Assembly: GCA_048268245.1 (NCBI GenBank)
Contig: JBLWVX010000011.1
Location: 9,660 to 73,659, forward strand
Direction of reading: 5' to 3'
Length of the DNA stretch: 64,000 bases
DNA from: Arcobacteraceae bacterium
GTDB taxonomy: Bacteria; Campylobacterota; Campylobacteria; Campylobacterales; Arcobacteraceae
The notes below the pieces were generated by a model that was not told the origin of the DNA, did no database searches, and saw only the letters and a list, made by a program, of their open reading frames with translations. The translations under genes and the position numbers were made by a program. Shown here in pieces: positions 62,370 to 64,000 of this stretch; the stretch's first letter is position 1, and each line of letters starts with the position of its first letter.

Positions 62370-62912
62370 CTATCCAAAATCAAAATTGATTATTTCTTCT
62401 GTAGTATATTCTTTTGATTCATTATTTTTATTGATAGTGCTATTATTTAAATTTTGTGGCATTCCAACTGGTATTGAATTGTGGTAAGAAGGAATATCAT
62501 GCAATTTATTTGGTTGTATAATCATCTTTTCTGTAAAAGTAGGAATTCTTTTAGATGCAATGTTCTTGTTTATCATATAGATTTCTTGTTTTGTTCGTTT
62601 TCTATTTTTAATTCTTTCTTGATAGAATTCTTCATTTTTTGGATTTTTTTTACGTACTTTATTAATTATATACTGAACAGTGTACAATCTAACATTAAAA
62701 TTTTTTGCTATTTGATTTAAAGTAGTTCCCTCTCTAAATTGATTTAATATTTCAATTTGTTGATGTTCTAATAGTCTTGAATACCTTTCTTGTCCTGTAA
62801 AAATACAAGGGCACTCTTTACACTTATATTTTTGAATTTTGCTATCTTTTATTTTTTTGAATCCAGCTTTTACAACTTTATCACTATTACATTTTTTACA
62901 CAATATTTTCAT
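62370..62912 (-). CDS. InsA-like zinc-ribbon plus HTH protein (no transposase catalytic domain)
   Basis: CKKC..VVKAG...QKYKCKEC, then TLNQIAKNFNVRLYTVQYII. Confidence 0.65.
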   Translation of the reverse strand: MKILCKKCNSDKVVKAGFKKIKDSKIQKYKCKECPCIFTGQERYSRLLEHQQIEILNQFREGTTLNQIAKNFNVRLYTVQYIINKVRKKNPKNEEFYQERIKNRKRTKQEIYMINKNIASKRIPTFTEKMIIQPNKLHDIPSYHNSIPVGMPQNLNNSTINKNNESKEYTTEEIINFDFG

Positions 62913-63011
62913 CTAATTATTATAGCATATTATATACCCATTTGGTTACTATATAAAGGGAAGTTAAAATTTTAAAGTATAATTTTAATAAAACATACAA
63001 GATAGCTTTTG

Positions 63012-63212
63012 CTATCTTGCCTTTTTATACTTATCTTTAATCTCTTTAATTAACTCTTCGTCAACTTCAAATATCTTTGCTAATGATTCATTTGAACCAC
63101 TTGAATTTAGTATATTGTAAAATAGTGTTCTAGGACTAAGGGAATAGGGATCTTGTGATGTTATTTCTATAAGTCTTATTTGTAAACTTTTATCAATATC
63201 TTCATAATCCAT
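63012..63212 (-). CDS. Hypothetical protein (possible small HTH)
   Basis: 66 aa abutting the upstream gene; NESLAKIFEVDEELIKEIK. Confidence 0.6.
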   Translation of the reverse strand: MDYEDIDKSLQIRLIEITSQDPYSLSPRTLFYNILNSSGSNESLAKIFEVDEELIKEIKDKYKKAR

Positions 63213-63533
63213 TTATTTGTACTCCCTTACCCTTGATTTAACTTCTGCTATTACAGAAGTTCCACTATTTATCATCTCAATAACTCTTTTCCAATTACAA
63301 GCATCTGCTTCCCATAATATGTCATGTATCTCATATCTACATTGTAAATTTGAAAATGATAATCCTACATTACTGTTGTAATGTGATAATCTAAATTTTT
63401 CATCTTGCTTGTAAATTCTAATGTATGATACGTTATCGCACATACATGAAACTAATGTAAATATTACTTCATTTGCTTTATCTTTTATATTTAGCTTTGG
63501 TTTTGCTAATAACACATCTTTATATCTACTCAT
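63213..63533 (-). CDS. Hypothetical protein
   Basis: 106-aa ORF with a 4-nt overlap with the DUF2958 gene. Confidence 0.65.
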   Translation of the reverse strand: MSRYKDVLLAKPKLNIKDKANEVIFTLVSCMCDNVSYIRIYKQDEKFRLSHYNSNVGLSFSNLQCRYEIHDILWEADACNWKRVIEMINSGTSVIAEVKSRVREYK

Positions 63534-63826
63534 TTTTCTAAATCCTTAAACTTTGTTGGTTTAAAGTTCTCATCCCTTATAATTATTGTTTCTTTTGAAT
63601 TGATACTCTCAAATTCATTTAATCCAAAGTATCCCCATTCATCAGATAAACCTTTAACAAATCCAAAGAATATTTTATCCTCTGGACAATACTCTACTGC
63701 ATACCAAGTCCAACTTTTGTCATGTGTAAAGTATTTTACTTGTACTATTTTGTCGCTAGTTGGAATATGCTCAGTTGCATATAACTTTGGTAATTGTTCT
63801 TGTATTTCTTTTGGTAGTAATTCCAT
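63530..63826 (-). CDS. DUF2958-family protein
   Basis: LPKLYATE, VKYF...WTWYAVE, FFGFV, EWGYF..E, RDENF; AAGGA RBS. Confidence 0.75.
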   Translation of the reverse strand: MELLPKEIQEQLPKLYATEHIPTSDKIVQVKYFTHDKSWTWYAVEYCPEDKIFFGFVKGLSDEWGYFGLNEFESINSKETIIIRDENFKPTKFKDLEK

Positions 63827-64000
63827 AATCTAATCCTTTTATTGTTGTTTGATTAAATTATTTCTATGTTAGAAGATTATTATAGTAAGTGTTTTTCTAT
63901 AGATATAATATTGAGAAATACCTTATCAAAATAAAGGAATCAAGTGCTTTCTTCTTCTTGAAATAATATTACCTCTCCATTTCTCTAATATATTTTATTA

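Larger units (their letters stand above)
45239..64000. mobile_element. Integrative element 2 at the ssrA 3' end (right boundary outside window)
   Basis: P4-type integrase 185 nt after the tmRNA CCA, GGGGTA arm repeats, defence/resolvase/DUF2958 cargo; no attR seen in the window. Confidence 0.82.

Noticed and set aside
62370..62912. Intact IS1 element
   Set aside because: No InsB/DDE frame or terminal inverted repeats recognised.
5373..63833. Numerous short ORF-track entries antisense or out of frame to long genes (e.g. 5373-5717, 7230-7613, 24920-25387, 36315-36644, 52848-53288, 56337-56840)
   Set aside because: Fully overlap well-supported genes and lack recognisable motifs or RBSs.

Overview
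Very AT-rich Campylobacterota (Arcobacteraceae-like) chromosomal window. Bases ~1-31.4 kb are mostly housekeeping genes: yeiH/LysR, purH, purL, Csd6/Csd3-like cell-shape enzymes, mgtE, folE, a GspE/GspF (Cts-like) cluster, era, an HD-GYP protein with an orphan binding protein, comM, def-clpP-tig, two ppk2 genes, and nspC-rubredoxin-carboxynorspermidine synthase. From 31.47 kb, two integrative elements flank one tmRNA gene (ssrA, 44841-45238). Island 1 (31471-44899) is bounded by a perfect 61-bp duplication of the 5' end of ssrA, not the usual 3' end. This leaves the native ssrA promoter facing the integrase and the intact tmRNA dependent on island DNA upstream. Island 1 carries a Type I R-M system, two tyrosine recombinases, a resolvase, an RNase HI-Rep-like gene pair with structured repeats, and decaying antirepressor genes. 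By eye it contains no GATC. Island 2 starts at the ssrA 3' end with a P4-type integrase and runs off the window. It carries a phosphorothioation system: an XRE regulator plus dndFGH, convergent with dndCDE. A co-transcribed three-gene cassette sits between them (split-motif GIY-YIG nuclease, DGQHR/DndB-fold protein, 2-TM protein with a degenerate PLD-like domain) and is the best candidate for an undescribed defence module. All calls come from motif recognition by eye; no searches were run.
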